Both the position numbers and the translations under genes were made by a program. This document shows, one piece after another, positions 1 through 11,889 of a DNA stretch of 53,048 nucleotides; the stretch's first letter is position 1, and each line of letters begins with the position of its first letter. The notes beneath the pieces are model-generated. The model saw nothing but the letters and a program-made list of their open reading frames with translations, searched no databases and was not told where the DNA came from. Location of the stretch: positions 94,597,205-94,650,252 of the forward strand of contig NC_057718.1 in the NCBI RefSeq assembly GCF_004010195.1. Reading direction: 5' to 3'. The stretch comes from Chiloscyllium plagiosum (Eukaryota).

Positions 1-189
1 AATAGGTTATGTATTTTTTCACTCTACCTAACAATGCTCAAAGAGTTTATATTCCAGATTAGCACATGTGCCTGCATTATCCAATCACATTCAAAATAGC
101 ACACATTATGAGATTATCTGATCATATAATATGATGTTCACATGCATGTACATACTTGTGATTATTGGAAACTCTTTAATGTCTCTTCT

Positions 190-330
190 CCCTCCATACA
201 CCCATCCAGATGCCTTTTAAATGTTGTAACTGTACCAGCCTCCACCACTTCCTCTGGCAGCTCAATCCATACATGCACCACCCCGCTGCATGAAAAGGTT
301 GTCCCTTAGGTCCTTTCTCAGTCTTTCCCC
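190..330 (-). mobile_element. CR1/HER1-type LINE 3' fragment
   Basis: Matches the reverse-strand CR1 3' region repeated at about 24800, 30720 and 46350 (catccagatgccttttaaatgttgtaactgtaccagcctccaccacttcctctggcag). Confidence 0.8.
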
Positions 331-1189
331 ACACTTACTGCAATAGCAGCTTACATCACACTGAGAAAATTCTGGATTACAATCTTCTAACATGTCAATA
401 CCAGGATGTCACTGTTTCTTCCCATTGTAATGACACATCCTGACTTTTGATTCTAACACATCATTGGACTACAAACGACACATTCTTCTTGTTCGTTGTG
501 AGATTATTTATATTAGATAAAATCGATCTGTCTTTAAATTGAGCTTCTCAAATTAAAAGTAAAACAGCAAAAGACAAGAAAATAAATGAAATGAAATATA
601 TGAAGAACTGCTCAATGATATACTGGAGTAAAGAAAGAATTGGCAAGTGCTAACAGCAGGAAAACGAGAAAGAAGAAAACAAATTGCCTGCGACCAGCAG
701 AAAGGAAACAGCAGATGCTTGTTCAGGAACAGGACAAAAGCCAGGCAGACCCATCAGATTTAGTTCCTTTTGATCAGTTGAAAGATTTGGAATTACATCA
801 CATTCTCTCATCTGGTCCTTCCTGCTCCAACCGTGAGAAAAAAAACAAAGGCCTGCACTTGTAGGCCTCATGAAGGTGAGGTAAACAAGGCCTAAAGATA
901 CTTGCAGTCTCCTGACCCTACTTCCAGTGGACAGTCTATCAGGGTTAATGGAGGTGAATTGACAGTCTCCTGTTGGCCTTCAGTTTCTCGGTGTGACAAA
1001 AGAGGTTCACTTGACCCACAGCGGGTGTTCCAGACATGCCTGCAGAACGTCACTTCATGCTCGGACAGAGGACAGTGGGCACGCTAAGGCCTTACTGTAG
1101 AGGAGGAGGAGGAGGCCTCACTGACCCCTGACCCACCACCACTTCCACGGTGCTTCCTCATTTTAACTGATATTCAGTGTTCATTGCTC

Positions 1190-1980
1190 AAACAATGGAG
1201 TTTAGATGTTCTTGTAACTGTACGAAGGCATTAGTGAGACCACATCTGGAGTATTGCGTGCATTTTGGTCTCCTTGCTTGTGGAAGGATTTAACCATATT
1301 GGAGGCAGTTCACAGAAGGTTCACGATGGATTTCAGATTTGAAAGAGCTTTTCCTATGAGAAGAGATGAAGCAGCTTAGGCCATTATTTACCACAGTTTA
1401 TAAGGATGAGAGAACCTCTAATGGAGGTACATAACATTCTAAGGGGAATTGACAAAGTAGACAGAGAGCAGATGTTTCCCCTTGTGGGGCAATCTGGAAC
1501 ACGAGAGTCATAGTTTTCAGCCAGGGAGCGGCAGACTTGAAACAGAGATGAGAAAGAATGAGTTCTCTCAAAGTGTCATGATTCTGTGGAATCCACTGTG
1601 AACACCAGGACATTGAATAAATTTAAGCAGAAGATAGGCAGAGTTCTAATTAGTAATGGGTTAAAGGACGGGAAAGTGGAGTTGAGGCTGAGATAGGACA
1701 TAGAACATAGAACATTACAGTGCAGTACAGGCCCTTCGGCCCTCGATGTTGCGCCGACCTGCAGGACCAATCTAACCTATGCTATTCCATTCTCATCCAC
1801 ATGTCTATCCAATGACCATTTAATTGCCCTTGAAGTTGGCAAGTATATTACTGTTGTAGGCAGTGCGTTTCATGCCCCTACTACTCTCTGAGATGAGATC
1901 AGTTATGATCATATTAAATGGTGGAATAGGGTCGAGGGGCTGAATTGCCTACTTTGCTCCTAGTTCTTCTATTCTTATGT
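1190..1980 (+). mobile_element. Degenerate CR1 LINE ORF2 C-terminus and 3' UTR, interrupted by a nested LINE tail
   Basis: LVRPHLEYC-like coding (ttagtgagaccacatctggagtattgc) and 3' tail ending ttcttctattcttatgt. Confidence 0.85.
1695..1887 (-). mobile_element. 5'-truncated CR1 3' tail nested in the previous LINE
   Basis: (catagaa)n terminal repeat; same tail as 10357-10600 and 15095+; ctgagat flanks both sides (1688-1694, 1888-1894). Confidence 0.85.
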
Positions 1981-2619
1981 TTGAAGAAGGTTTGTTGGGA
2001 ATTAATGCTCCTCTGTGTGCAAATTGTCAATGAAGGACCTATGATCTCCTATTCTTAGGGAGTGCCCATCGATTTACACATCACTCAAATAATTCACAGA
2101 ACAACACTGGCATTTTTCCAAGAGCAAGGACCCTGGGGGTCCATGACCTACCAACTGAGAACGACCAACCGAAAAATCACAGATTGGTCCTCTATTCAAA
2201 CAGCAATGCCACTGGGATGATGATGGCTGCTGCTGGTACTACACCCACCTGAGGCCTGATTGTTGGATTTCAAGCCACTGGCGAGTGAAGGCGACAGGGT
2301 GAGGGGATCACAGGTTGTGGTCAGTGAAGGGAGTTTTGCAACAAGAGCAGGGTGCTATATCTTAGCAAGTCCATCCTTCCCAATGCCAGGGTTCTTCAAC
2401 ATGGCACTGAGCGCCTTTGCATGAGGCATCAACTCCTACCTCCATTCCCCCACTCCCAGGAGGCAGCAAGCAATCCTGTGTAGGTTTACTAAAGTGCAAG
2501 ACCCTCCAAATTATTTCCAATGGCAGTGGGTTTAATGGACACGAAGCCTCTGACCTCCATCCACACTTGATACCCTCCATCAGATTTGATGCCATCACCC
2601 AACCCCATTCAAAGGCGAG

Positions 2620-3860
2620 GACATTGGAACAGAATTAGGCCATTTGGTCCTTTGATCCTGCCCCACCATTCAAACATGGCTGATATGTTTCTCAACTCCA
2701 TTCTCCTATCTTTTCTTCATAACCTTTGATCCCCTTTATTAATAAAAATCTCTGTCTTAAAGACACTCAACAATGTTGGCCTTCATGGCCTTCTGTGGCA
2801 ATGAACTCCACAGATTCACCACTCTCTGACTAAAGAAATTGCTCTTCATCTCCATTCTAAAGGATTGTCCATTCACTCTGAGGGTGTGCCCTTGCATCCC
2901 AGTCTCTCCTACCAGTGGAAGGAGAGGTCTACTCTATCCAAGCCTCTCAGTATCCTGTAGGTTTCAATCAGATACCTCCTTATCCTTCTAAATGCCATCC
3001 AGTGTAGACCCAGAGTCCTCAACCACTCTGCATATGACAAGCCCTTCATCCCCAAGATCATTCTTGTAAACCTCCTCCGTACCCCTCCAATGCTATCAGA
3101 TCCTTCCTTAGATACAGGGCCCAAAACTGTTTACAATATTCCAAATGTGTTCGGACCAGAGGCCTACACAGCCTCAGCATACATCTGTACACTTGTATTC
3201 TGGTCCTCTTGAAATGAACGCTAATATTGCATTTGCCTTCCTGCCTGCTAACTGAACCTCCATTTTAATCTTAAAATAATCCTGAACTAGGACTCCCAAG
3301 TTCCTTTGTGCTTCAGATTTCCAAGGCCTTCCCCCATTTAGAAAATAGTTTCTATTCTTTATACTAAAGTACATAACTTTATACTTTTCCACATTGCATT
3401 CCATCTGCCACTTCTTTGCCCACTCTCCTAGTCTGTCCAAGTCCTTTTGCATTCTCCCTACTCCCTGAACACTACCTATCTTTGGCCATCTATCTAACTT
3501 AGCATCAATGCCCTCACTTCCTTCATCTAATTGATTTATCTGTAGCATAAATTGTTGTGATCCCAACACAGACCCCTCAGAACTCCACTAGTCACTAGTT
3601 ACCACCCTGAAAAAGATCTGTTTATCCTCAGTCTCTGCCTTCTGCCAGTCAGCCAATCCTTTATCCACACCAGTACCTTGCACCTAACACCACGGGCTCT
3701 TACCTTATTTTGCAGCCTCCTATGTGGCACCTTATCAAAGGCCTCCTATAAATCCAAATAGATCACGTCCAATGGCTCTCCTTTGTCTAATTTGATCATT
3801 ATCTCTTTGAAGAATTCTGACAGATTTGTCAGGCATGACCTCCCCTTGACAAAGCTTTGT
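2620..3860 (-). mobile_element. CR1 LINE fragment (RT C-terminal half and 3' UTR), pseudogenised
   Basis: ORFs 3174-3569 (QKDLDRLGEWAKKWQMECNVEK) and 2909-3124 are CR1 ORF2 motifs with frameshifts. Confidence 0.9.
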
Positions 3861-4059
3861 TGACCCTGAAGTAAATTCAACCTTAAATTCCATCCCTTGA
3901 GAAAGCAAAATCTGGCAGGACAATGAGCTGATTGTCATGACTCCAGTGAGAACCCTTTGTGAAGTTTGCGTTTCAATTTGCTGCTATTGTTTCCATTAAT
4001 TGCTACACAAATAAAGACTGAATAGCTCTGAAGAAATGTCACTTGATCCAAAACACGAG

Positions 4060-4412
4060 AGTGGCATGGTAGCTCAGTGATTAGCACTGTTGCCTCACAG
4101 CACTTGAGACCAGGTTTGATTCCAGCCTCAGGCGACTGTCTGTATGGAGTTTGCACATTCTCCCCATGTCTGCGTGGATTTCCTCCAGGTGCTCCGATTT
4201 CTTCCAACAATCCAAAGATGTGCAGGTTAGGTGAATTGGCCATGCTAAATTGTCCATTGTGTTCAGGAATGTGTAGGTTAGGTGTATTAGTCAGGAGTAA
4301 ATTGTTTCCATTACTAATAGGGTAGGGGAATGTGTCTGGGTTGGTTGCTCTTTGGAGGGTCAGTGTGGACTGGTTGGGCCAAAGGACCTGTTTCCACACT
4401 GTAGGGATTCTA
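4060..4412 (+). mobile_element. HE1-type tRNA-derived SINE, full length
   Basis: A box tagctcagtga, B box ggtttgattcc, central ccaaagatgtgcaggttagg, LINE-like tail cctgtttccacactgtagggattcta. Confidence 0.9.
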
Positions 4413-4425
4413 CGATTAACTCTAC

Positions 4426-4510
4426 TCTCTCTCTCCAGATGCTGGCAGACTGCTGGGCTTTTCCAGCAATTACTGTTTGTGTTTCTGATTTCCACAATCT
4501 GTAATTCTTT
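4426..4510 (+). mobile_element. Degenerate Penelope-like terminal repeat (pLTR) fragment
   Basis: cagatgctggcagactgctgggcttttccagc resembles the pLTR ends at 9325-9420 and 38531-38589. Confidence 0.55.
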
Positions 4511-4989
4511 GGGTTTTTATTTCATTAATTGCTGTTTCACCTTGCCCCTTTCAGTAACCATTAACCCAGAGCTCCAAATTCTTGTCTTCAGAATAGTCCC
4601 CAATAGCACCATCTAGCAATATCAGCTATAATCACATCTCATAGCTTTCAATATCATTCATTTCTGTGTTTAACCACAGTTTCAGAAGCCTGAGATGTTG
4701 GCAGTGGGGGAGCAGGCAACAGCTCTGCCCTTGAATGGGTGGTTTTTCATCTTGTCCCTTGCGTTTGCTGATATGGTCTTGCTTTCAGGTTTATGCATTA
4801 TCTCACACAGTGTGCATCACTGTCAAATGCCCCTCCTCTACCAATAACAACACCACCATTCCACTGAGTCACCCAAACTCCAACAACATTCATTTGGTAC
4901 AAAAATAATATGATTGGCATCATTCAGTAAAAAAAAAACACAACATAGGTTCAAATGTCTTAAAGTGGGATACTCAATATATTTTACTG

Positions 4990-5085
4990 ATGTAGTATAT
5001 CGCTAGACTATTAATTCAGGTCATGTTCTGGTGACCTGGATTTGAATCCCACTGTGGTAGATGGTGGAATTTGAATTCAATTTTA
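4990..5085 (+). mobile_element. Head of a second tRNA-derived SINE family
   Basis: ggtgacctggatttgaatcccac B-box region; reverse copies at 12400-12480, 18890-18990, 37080-37160, 42840-42900. Confidence 0.6.
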
Positions 5086-5094
5086 AAAAGAAAT

Positions 5095-6845
5095 AAGACC
5101 ATAAGCTCATAAGACATGGGTGCACAAATTAGGCCATTCAGCCCATTAAGTCTGCTCTCCCATTCAATCCTGGCTGTTAAATTTCTCCACTCCATTCTCC
5201 CACTTTCTCCCCATAACCTTTGATTCCCTTGATAATCAAGAACCTCTCTATCTCAGACTTAAATATACTCAATGACCTGGTCTCCACAGCCTTCTGTGGC
5301 AGTGAATTCCATAGATTCACCAATCTCTGGCTGAAGAAGTTTCTCCTTACCTCCATTCTAAAAGGTCTTCCCTTTACTCTAAGTCTATGCTCTCGGGTCA
5401 TAGTCTCTCTTACCAATGGAAAATCTTCCCAACATCCACTCTGTCCACACCATTCAGTATTCTGTATGTTTCAATTAGATCCTGCCCTCATCCTTCAAAA
5501 CTCCATCAAGTATAGATCCAGAGTCCTCAAACTTTCCTCATATGTTAAGCTTTTCATTCCTGGGACTATTCCCGTGAAACTCCTCTGAACACACTCCAGG
5601 GCCAATACATCCTTCCTGAGATATGGGGCCTAAAATTGCACAAAACATCCCAAATGGGGCCAGACCAGAGCTTTATAGAGACCCAGAAGTAAATCCCTGC
5701 TTTTATACTGAAGTCCTTTCAAAATAAATGCCCTCATTGCATTTGCCTTCTGAACTACTGACTCAACTTGCAAGTTTACATTGGAAGAATGCTGGGCTAG
5801 AACTCCCAAGTCTTTTAGCAGTTCAGATTTCTGAATTTTCTTCCCATTTAGAAGATAATCCATGCCTTTATTCTTCCTACCAAGATGCATGACCTCATAC
5901 CTTCTCATGTTGCACTCCGTCTGCCACTTCTTTGCCCAATCTCCTAACCTGTCCAAATACTTCTGCAGTCGAAAAGTGTGGTGTTGGAAAAGTACAGCAG
6001 GTTAGGCAGCATCCAAGGAGCAAAAGATTCGCTGTTTCAGGCTTGAGCCCTTCATTAGGAATGTGCCCGAAACATCAACTCTCCTGCTCCTCGGATGCTG
6101 CCTGACCTGCTGTGCTTTTTCAGTGCCACACTTTTCGACTCTGATCTCCAGCATCTGTAGTCCTCACTTCTCCCTATCCTTCTGCAGCCTCCCCTACTCC
6201 ATAATCTTACCTCTGCCTCTACCTATCTTTGCACTATCTGCAAACTTAACCAGAATGCTCTCAGTTCTTTCATCTAGATTGTTAATGTTTAAAGTGAAAA
6301 GTTGTAGTTCCAACACTGGGCCTTGCGAAACACCATTTGTCATCGGTTGCCAGCCTGAAAAGGACCCATTTATGCCCACTCTCTGCTTTCTGCCACACAA
6401 CCAAGTTTCTATCCATGCTAGCACCTTGCATCTGACACTATGGGCCTGTATCTTACTCAGTAGCCATCTGTGCGGGACCTTGTCAAAGGTCTCCTTGAAG
6501 TCCAGGTAAATAACATCCATTGGCTGTCCTTGGTCTAACCTGCCCATTGCTTTCTCACAGAATTCTAGCAGATTTGTCAGGCATGACCTCCCCTCGATGA
6601 AACCATGCTGGCTTTGCCCTATTTTACCATACTCTTCCAAGTATTCAGAAATCTCATCCTTTTCAATGGATTCCAGGATCTTACCTACGACTGAGGTTAG
6701 GCTAATCAATCTGTAATTTTCTGTCTGTTGCCTTACTCCCTTCGTAAACAGCACTGTGATATTAGCAATTTTCCAGTCCTCTGGGAGCCTCCCTGATTTT
6801 AGCAATTCCTGAAAGATCACCACTAATGCCTCCACTATCTCTTCA
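5095..6845 (-). mobile_element. CR1 LINE fragment with reverse transcriptase domain, interrupted at 5969-6175
   Basis: ORF 6194-6916 has NYRLISLTS, QHGF, YLDF..FDKVPH, GVSQG, FAD motifs; ORFs 5630-5956 and 5177-5416 continue ORF2. Confidence 0.95.
5969..6175. mobile_element. Short fold-back Penelope-like pLTR insertion
   Basis: Inverted arms tcgaaaagtgtgg.../...ccacacttttcga plus ~37-nt tail; TSD atacttctgcag (5957-5968) / atccttctgcag (6176-6187); splits a CR1. Confidence 0.85.
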
Positions 6846-6930
6846 CCTGATGAAGGTGCAGCACTGCCAAAGCTTGTGATTTCAAACAAACCTGTTGGAC
6901 TATAACCTGGTGTCATTTGATTTCTGACTT
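6846..6930 (+). mobile_element. 3' end of another probable Penelope-like family with a degenerate hammerhead-like start
   Basis: cctgatgaaggtgcagcactgccaaagc; the GAAA half is degenerate. Confidence 0.45.
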
Positions 6931-7013
6931 CATCTCTGTGAGAGCCACCTCATATAAATCAAAAGCAAAGCAAAAGCAAGTTGCAGTCTGGGATTTGATA
7001 TGCCCGGCAATAA

Positions 7014-7405
7014 GTCAAAAAGTGTGATGCTGGAAAAGCATAGCCAGTCAGGCAGCATCCGAGGAGCAGGAGAATCGACGTTTCGAGCATAAGCTCTTCA
7101 TTGAGAATGTTTGGAGGGGGTGGTGCTGGTGGTGGGCAAGGGGACTGAGAGATAGATGGGAGGGAGTGTAGGGCTGGGGCGGAGATAGTTGGGAATGCGA
7201 TAGGTAGATGAAGGTGCGGGTTGATGGTGATAGGTCAGAGTGGAGGGTGGCGCGGATAGGTGGGATGGAAGATAGACAGGCACTGCCCTCTTGAACTGTC
7301 CTACCTGTCCATCTTCCTTCAAACCCATCTGCTCCACCCTCCTTTCCAACCTATCACTTTTTGACTCTGATCTCCAGCATCTGCATTCCTCAGTTTCTCC
7401 CATCT
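7014..7405. mobile_element. Fold-back Penelope-like pLTR insertion with internal deletions
   Basis: Minus-strand pLTR 7014-7270 then plus-strand end; gtcaaaaagtg/cactttttgac inverted ends; TSD ccggcaataa (7004-7013) / ccggtaataa (7406-7415). Confidence 0.8.
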
Positions 7406-8029
7406 CCGGTAATAACATCAACTGAGATCATAACGAATGGCCTCCTTCTGCAATGAGATTCTTCTGTGATTCTTTACCTGCGTTTAAACAAAGAAAGATG
7501 TAATCCCATACAGAGTGCCATCTGTTTTCCCATGCCTCCTGACCCCTGGTTTGATCCAAAATATGGGGCAGTGCAACCTATTCTACTGGTTAACAGAATG
7601 CCCCACATTCTCTATCCAGAACTATCACCAGATGTTTCCAATGAAAATAGCCTAATTGTGTGACTTTCATACCTCCACCAACATATCTATTTTGGAACTC
7701 TCATTATGCTTAATAATTTGAAAGGTTTCCCTATCAAGCTGTTGTACACTTTATTCTGTGCAACAAATGTGTTAATTGGTTACAGAAACTACACATTTCT
7801 AATATGAGCTTGATTCTCTCGAGAAAAGAAATGGTTGCCTATCTTATTTATTCTATTTGCTATTGGAACTTCATGTTGTTAGAATGGGAGACTAGGTGAG
7901 ATAAACAGTAGTGAAGCTGCTAGTGAGTGAGAATCCAAGCTAATAATCCTCGTGCTGCTCACTAGCTGGAAATCTCATCTTCATGTCAAACATTCAATTG
8001 GAAAATGGGACACTTTGATCTCAACACCA

Positions 8030-8960
8030 AGGAGCGTTGAGTACAAGAGTTGGGGGGTCATGTTGCAACTATACAGGACATTAGTTAGGCCACTTTTGGA
8101 ATAACTGCATTCAATTCCAGTCTCCTCGCTAATAGGAAGGATGTTGTTAAACTTGAAAGGGTTCAAGAAAGATTTACAAGGATGTTGTCAGGGTTGGAGG
8201 ATTTGAGCTATAGGGACAGGTTGAATAGGCTGGGGTGGCTTTCCCTGGAGCGGCGGAGGCTGAGGGGTGACTTTATAGAGGTTTATAAAATCATGAGGGA
8301 CATGGATAGGGTAAATAGTCAAGGTCTTTTCCCCAGGGTAGGGGAATCCAAAACTAGAGGGTATAGGTTTAGAGTGAGAGGGGAAAAACTTAAAGGGGAC
8401 ATAAAGGGCAACTTTTTTATGTGGACTGTGGTGCATTTATGGAATGAGTTACCAGAGGAAGTGGTGGAGGCTGGTACAATTACAACATTTTTTTTTAGAT
8501 TACATTACAGTGTGGAAACAGGCCCTTCAGCCCAACAAGTCTACACCGACCCGCCGAAGCGCAACCCACCCATACCCCTACATTTACCCCTTACCTAACA
8601 CTACAGGCAATTTAGCATGGCCAATTCACCTGACCTGCACGTCTTTGGACAGTGGGAGGAAACCGGAGCACCCGGAGGAAACCCACGCAGACACGGGGAG
8701 AACGTGCAAAATCCACAGAGTCAGTCGCCTGAGGCGGGAATTGAACCCGGGTCTCTGGCGCTGTAAGGCAACAGTGCTAACCACTGTGCCACCGTATTTA
8801 AATGGCATCTGGATGGGTATATGAATAGGAAGGGTTTGGAGGGATATGGGTCAAATACTGGCAAATGGAACTAGATTACTTTAGAATATCTGATTGGCAT
8901 GGAAGAGTTGGACCAAAGGGTCTGTTTCTATGTAATGAATCTCTATGACCCTATGACTTT
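8030..8960 (+). mobile_element. CR1/HER1 LINE 3' portion with nested SINE
   Basis: ORF 8182 (LSYRDRLNRLG..SLERRRLRGDFIEVYKIM...WNELPEEVV) and tail ctctatgaccctatgact. Confidence 0.92.
8495..8795 (-). mobile_element. Young HE1-type SINE nested in CR1
   Basis: Intact CpGs and A/B boxes on the minus strand; near-identical to 18250-18506. Confidence 0.92.
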
Positions 8961-9324
8961 ACGACAGGCTCACTGGATAGCTTACCCAATTTTCATAAAA
9001 TTCCTGTCATGTTTCACGCCATTTAGAAGTTGGCTGGATTTCACCCTTGAATGAAACACATCGACATTGTCAAACTGAGAAGGTTATACTGACAATCAAC
9101 TATGAAAGGTTTATTTTCATTCACGTGTGGGTATTAAACAGCATCTGTATTTATACATTGACTTTAGATAAGAATGGGGATCCATCACTTATATTATTTA
9201 CCTAAAATTTTCACATGATTTGTAAGAAGCCATGTTTTCCAAATGAATACGGATAAACTGTCCCAGTCAATGGAATATGTAACATCTACAATGCCTACAT
9301 AATGATTTATGGAAATAGCAACTG

Positions 9325-9420
9325 CCCTGCTCCTCAGATGCTGCCAGACCTGCTGTGCTTTTCCAGCACCACTCTAATCTAGACTCTGATCGCCAACATC
9401 TGCAGTCCGCACTTTTGCCT
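9325..9420 (+). mobile_element. Penelope-like pLTR 3' end fragment
   Basis: ctgctcctcagatgctgccagacctgctgtgcttttccagcacc...catctgcagtcc matches 6085-6170. Confidence 0.75.
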
Positions 9421-9806
9421 AATATAAAAAATGAGCCTATTGCTGGATTTTAGCTGCAATTTGATGAACTGGTTTCTACATTGATTGTAACATTGCAAGT
9501 CGAACTGCAATTTGTTGATAAAACACAGAATTACTATTGCTGAGATTTCTGTGCTTGGCAAGACCTGCCATTTCCTGCAGCAGTGAATGGATAGACTTCC
9601 TCATTCTCTCACGTGATATATAAGGCATTCTGGAGCCATAGAAAATGCAAACACCAGCTGCCTTCAACAAGTTGCTTTCACCCAAATGTCAAAACATTAT
9701 CCTTCTGTAAAGCACATTGATATTTTAATTTCCTCTGCGCGATTGGTAAGTGAACGCCAAATTATAAACAAACGTCGTGCTGCCAAACCATACACAGTCA
9801 GAGCTT

Positions 9807-9975
9807 CCATGGAGAGAGAGCAAGCTAATGTTGCGAGTCTAGATGACTCTTCATCAGTCATCTAGACTCAAAATGTTAGCTTGCTCTCTCTTGATGGATG
9901 ATGTCTGGCCCACTGTGATCTCCAGCCTTGGTTGTTTTCAGTATAGGTTCCAGGATCTGCAGTAATTTGCCCCTG
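9807..9975. mobile_element. Short fold-back element of a distinct Penelope-like family with a hammerhead-like core
   Basis: Palindrome gagagagcaagctaatgtt..gagtctagatgac / gtcatctagactc..atgttagcttgctctctc; TSD cagtcagagctt (9795-9806) / cagtcagaactt (9976-9987). Confidence 0.75.
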
Positions 9976-10356
9976 CAGTCAGAACTTGTTCATTCAAGCT
10001 CATTCGATGTTGGCCTTTTCCAGTTGGCAGCAATAGAAAGAGAAAACTTGCATTCAGACAAAACCTCTTATTACTTCTCAACCTCTGAGCATAGTTTACA
10101 GGCAATGAGGTTCTTGTTGAAGTGTATGAAGGAACTGTATCATAAGCAGAGGTCAGTTGGTCAACAGACATTTGGCTAACCAGTTCCTTAACAAGATGTA
10201 GGGTCAAATCATGTTGGGGTGGGCACAGTTATCTCACCATCTGTTGAATTTTGAATTGTGCCCTTCAGCTGGAAATATTTCTGCTCCATAACTTGCAGGA
10301 AGAGATTCTAGATATTTTTTATCAACTGATCAGATCTGTTCTGATACACCTCTGGG

Positions 10357-10600
10357 ATAGAACATAGAACATAGAACAACACAGCACAGAGCAGGCCCTT
10401 CGGCCCTCGATGTTGCGCCGACCTGTCCCCCTACACTATCCCATCATCATCCATGTGCTTATCCAAGAATTGTTTAAATCCCCCTAATATAGCTGAGTGA
10501 ACTACATTGGCAGGTAGGGCATTCCATGCCCTTACCACTCTGACTAAAGAACCTGCCTCTGACATCTGTCTTAAATTTATCACCCCTCAATTTGTAGTTT
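10357..10600 (-). mobile_element. CR1 3' tail fragment
   Basis: (atagaac)n terminus and caggcccttcggccctcgatgttgcgccgacc, identical to 1728-1760. Confidence 0.88.
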
Positions 10601-10729
10601 TGCCTCTATTTCTAGATAGGTGGAATTTGAACCTAGGCCTTCTTGTCCGGTGGAGGCCGCAGGTGGAAACGTGCATAAAGTTTTTATTGATAGAGTGGAA
10701 TACTGTTCAACTTTGTGCATAAAGTCGAT

Positions 10730-11195
10730 GTGGAAGGCTTCAGTTACAAAGAAAGGATGGATAGGCTGGGACTATTTTCCCTGGAGCGTTGGGGTTTGAG
10801 GGGTGACCTTACAGGAGTTTACAAAATCATGAGGGGTATAGATAGGGTTAATCGTAATTGCATTTTCCCTAGGATGGGACATTTGAAGACTAGGGGGGAC
10901 TTTTGAAGACTAGGGGGCACATTTTTCAGGTGAGAGGGGAGGGATTTAAAAAAGACATAAGTGGCAAATTGTTTTACACAGAAGTTGGTTTGCGTGTGGA
11001 ATGAATGTCCTGAGGAAATGATGGATGTGGGCATAATTTCAACATTTAAGATACATTTGGATAAGTATATGAATAGGAAAGGTTTAGAGGGAGATAGGTC
11101 AGGAGCAGGCAGGTGGGACTAGTTTAGTTTGAGATTGTGTTAGTCATGGACTAATGACTGAAGGGCCTGTTTCTGTACTGTATGAGTCTATGATG
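10730..11195 (+). mobile_element. CR1/HER1 LINE 3' fragment
   Basis: SYKERMDRLGLFSLER..LRGDL..VYKIMRG motif; contains a 20-bp tandem duplication at about 10879-10918. Confidence 0.9.
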
Positions 11196-11749
11196 ACTTG
11201 GGTAGTTTTGAGTTCAGAACAAGTTTGAAGTCAACTGATTTCTTCACTAGGTGAATGACATAGCCCCTTATTCTCAATATTAGAACTCTCCAATATTCCA
11301 ACTGAAGGGCAGAAAGTCCTTTAAAATAAAGTTAGACCAATGTCTGGAAAGGGAGATTAATCGCAAGTGACTGACCTATGAATCTACAAGTCGTATTTCT
11401 TAGGAAGAGATAATAATGGCACAAAGAGAACAGTGGATATCTGATATATTAATGAATTCCAAGACCATTATTCTATTGCCCTATTAAGTGAGACTTAAGG
11501 ATTGAGGAAAAACACAGTGTCCTGATGGTGGAGGATAAGTGGTTAAATTAGAGTCAAATCAGATAGAGAAAGAGAAAAACAGCAAAGTAAAGAAAGATTT
11601 TAGTTTGTAAAGAAAGATTAGCAAGTAACAACAGCATTTTGTATTCATTTTTTAAAGCTTAAAAGAAAATTCATTACTTGAAGGAACAAGACTTTCATAG
11701 TGACAATTGATTTCTTTCAATGGGAAACAACCTGTTTTGCATTAACAAT

Positions 11750-11880
11750 GATAAAGTTAGAATGTGGGAGGAAAGCCATGCAGACACAGGAGAAATGTGC
11801 AAACACCATGCAAATAGTCGACCAAGGCTGGAATCGAACACAGCTCCCAAGTATTGTGGGGCAGCAGTGCTAACCACTAA
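11750..11880 (-). mobile_element. HE1-type SINE 5' fragment
   Basis: ggctggaatcgaac...gcagcagtgctaaccact reverse head. Confidence 0.8.
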
Positions 11881-11889
11881 CCAGCCCCC

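Noticed and set aside
4060..4135. tRNA gene
   Set aside because: The A/B boxes belong to the SINE head and no complete cloverleaf forms. The same applies to the other SINE heads, including 51532-51600.
6194..6916. Intact or domesticated reverse transcriptase
   Set aside because: 5'-truncated, catalytic motif altered (FADS), and interrupted by an insertion.
7420..7500. Minus-strand acceptor tctttctttgtttaaacgcag
   Set aside because: It is followed by a LINE-tail-like sequence, with no convincing exon or donor.
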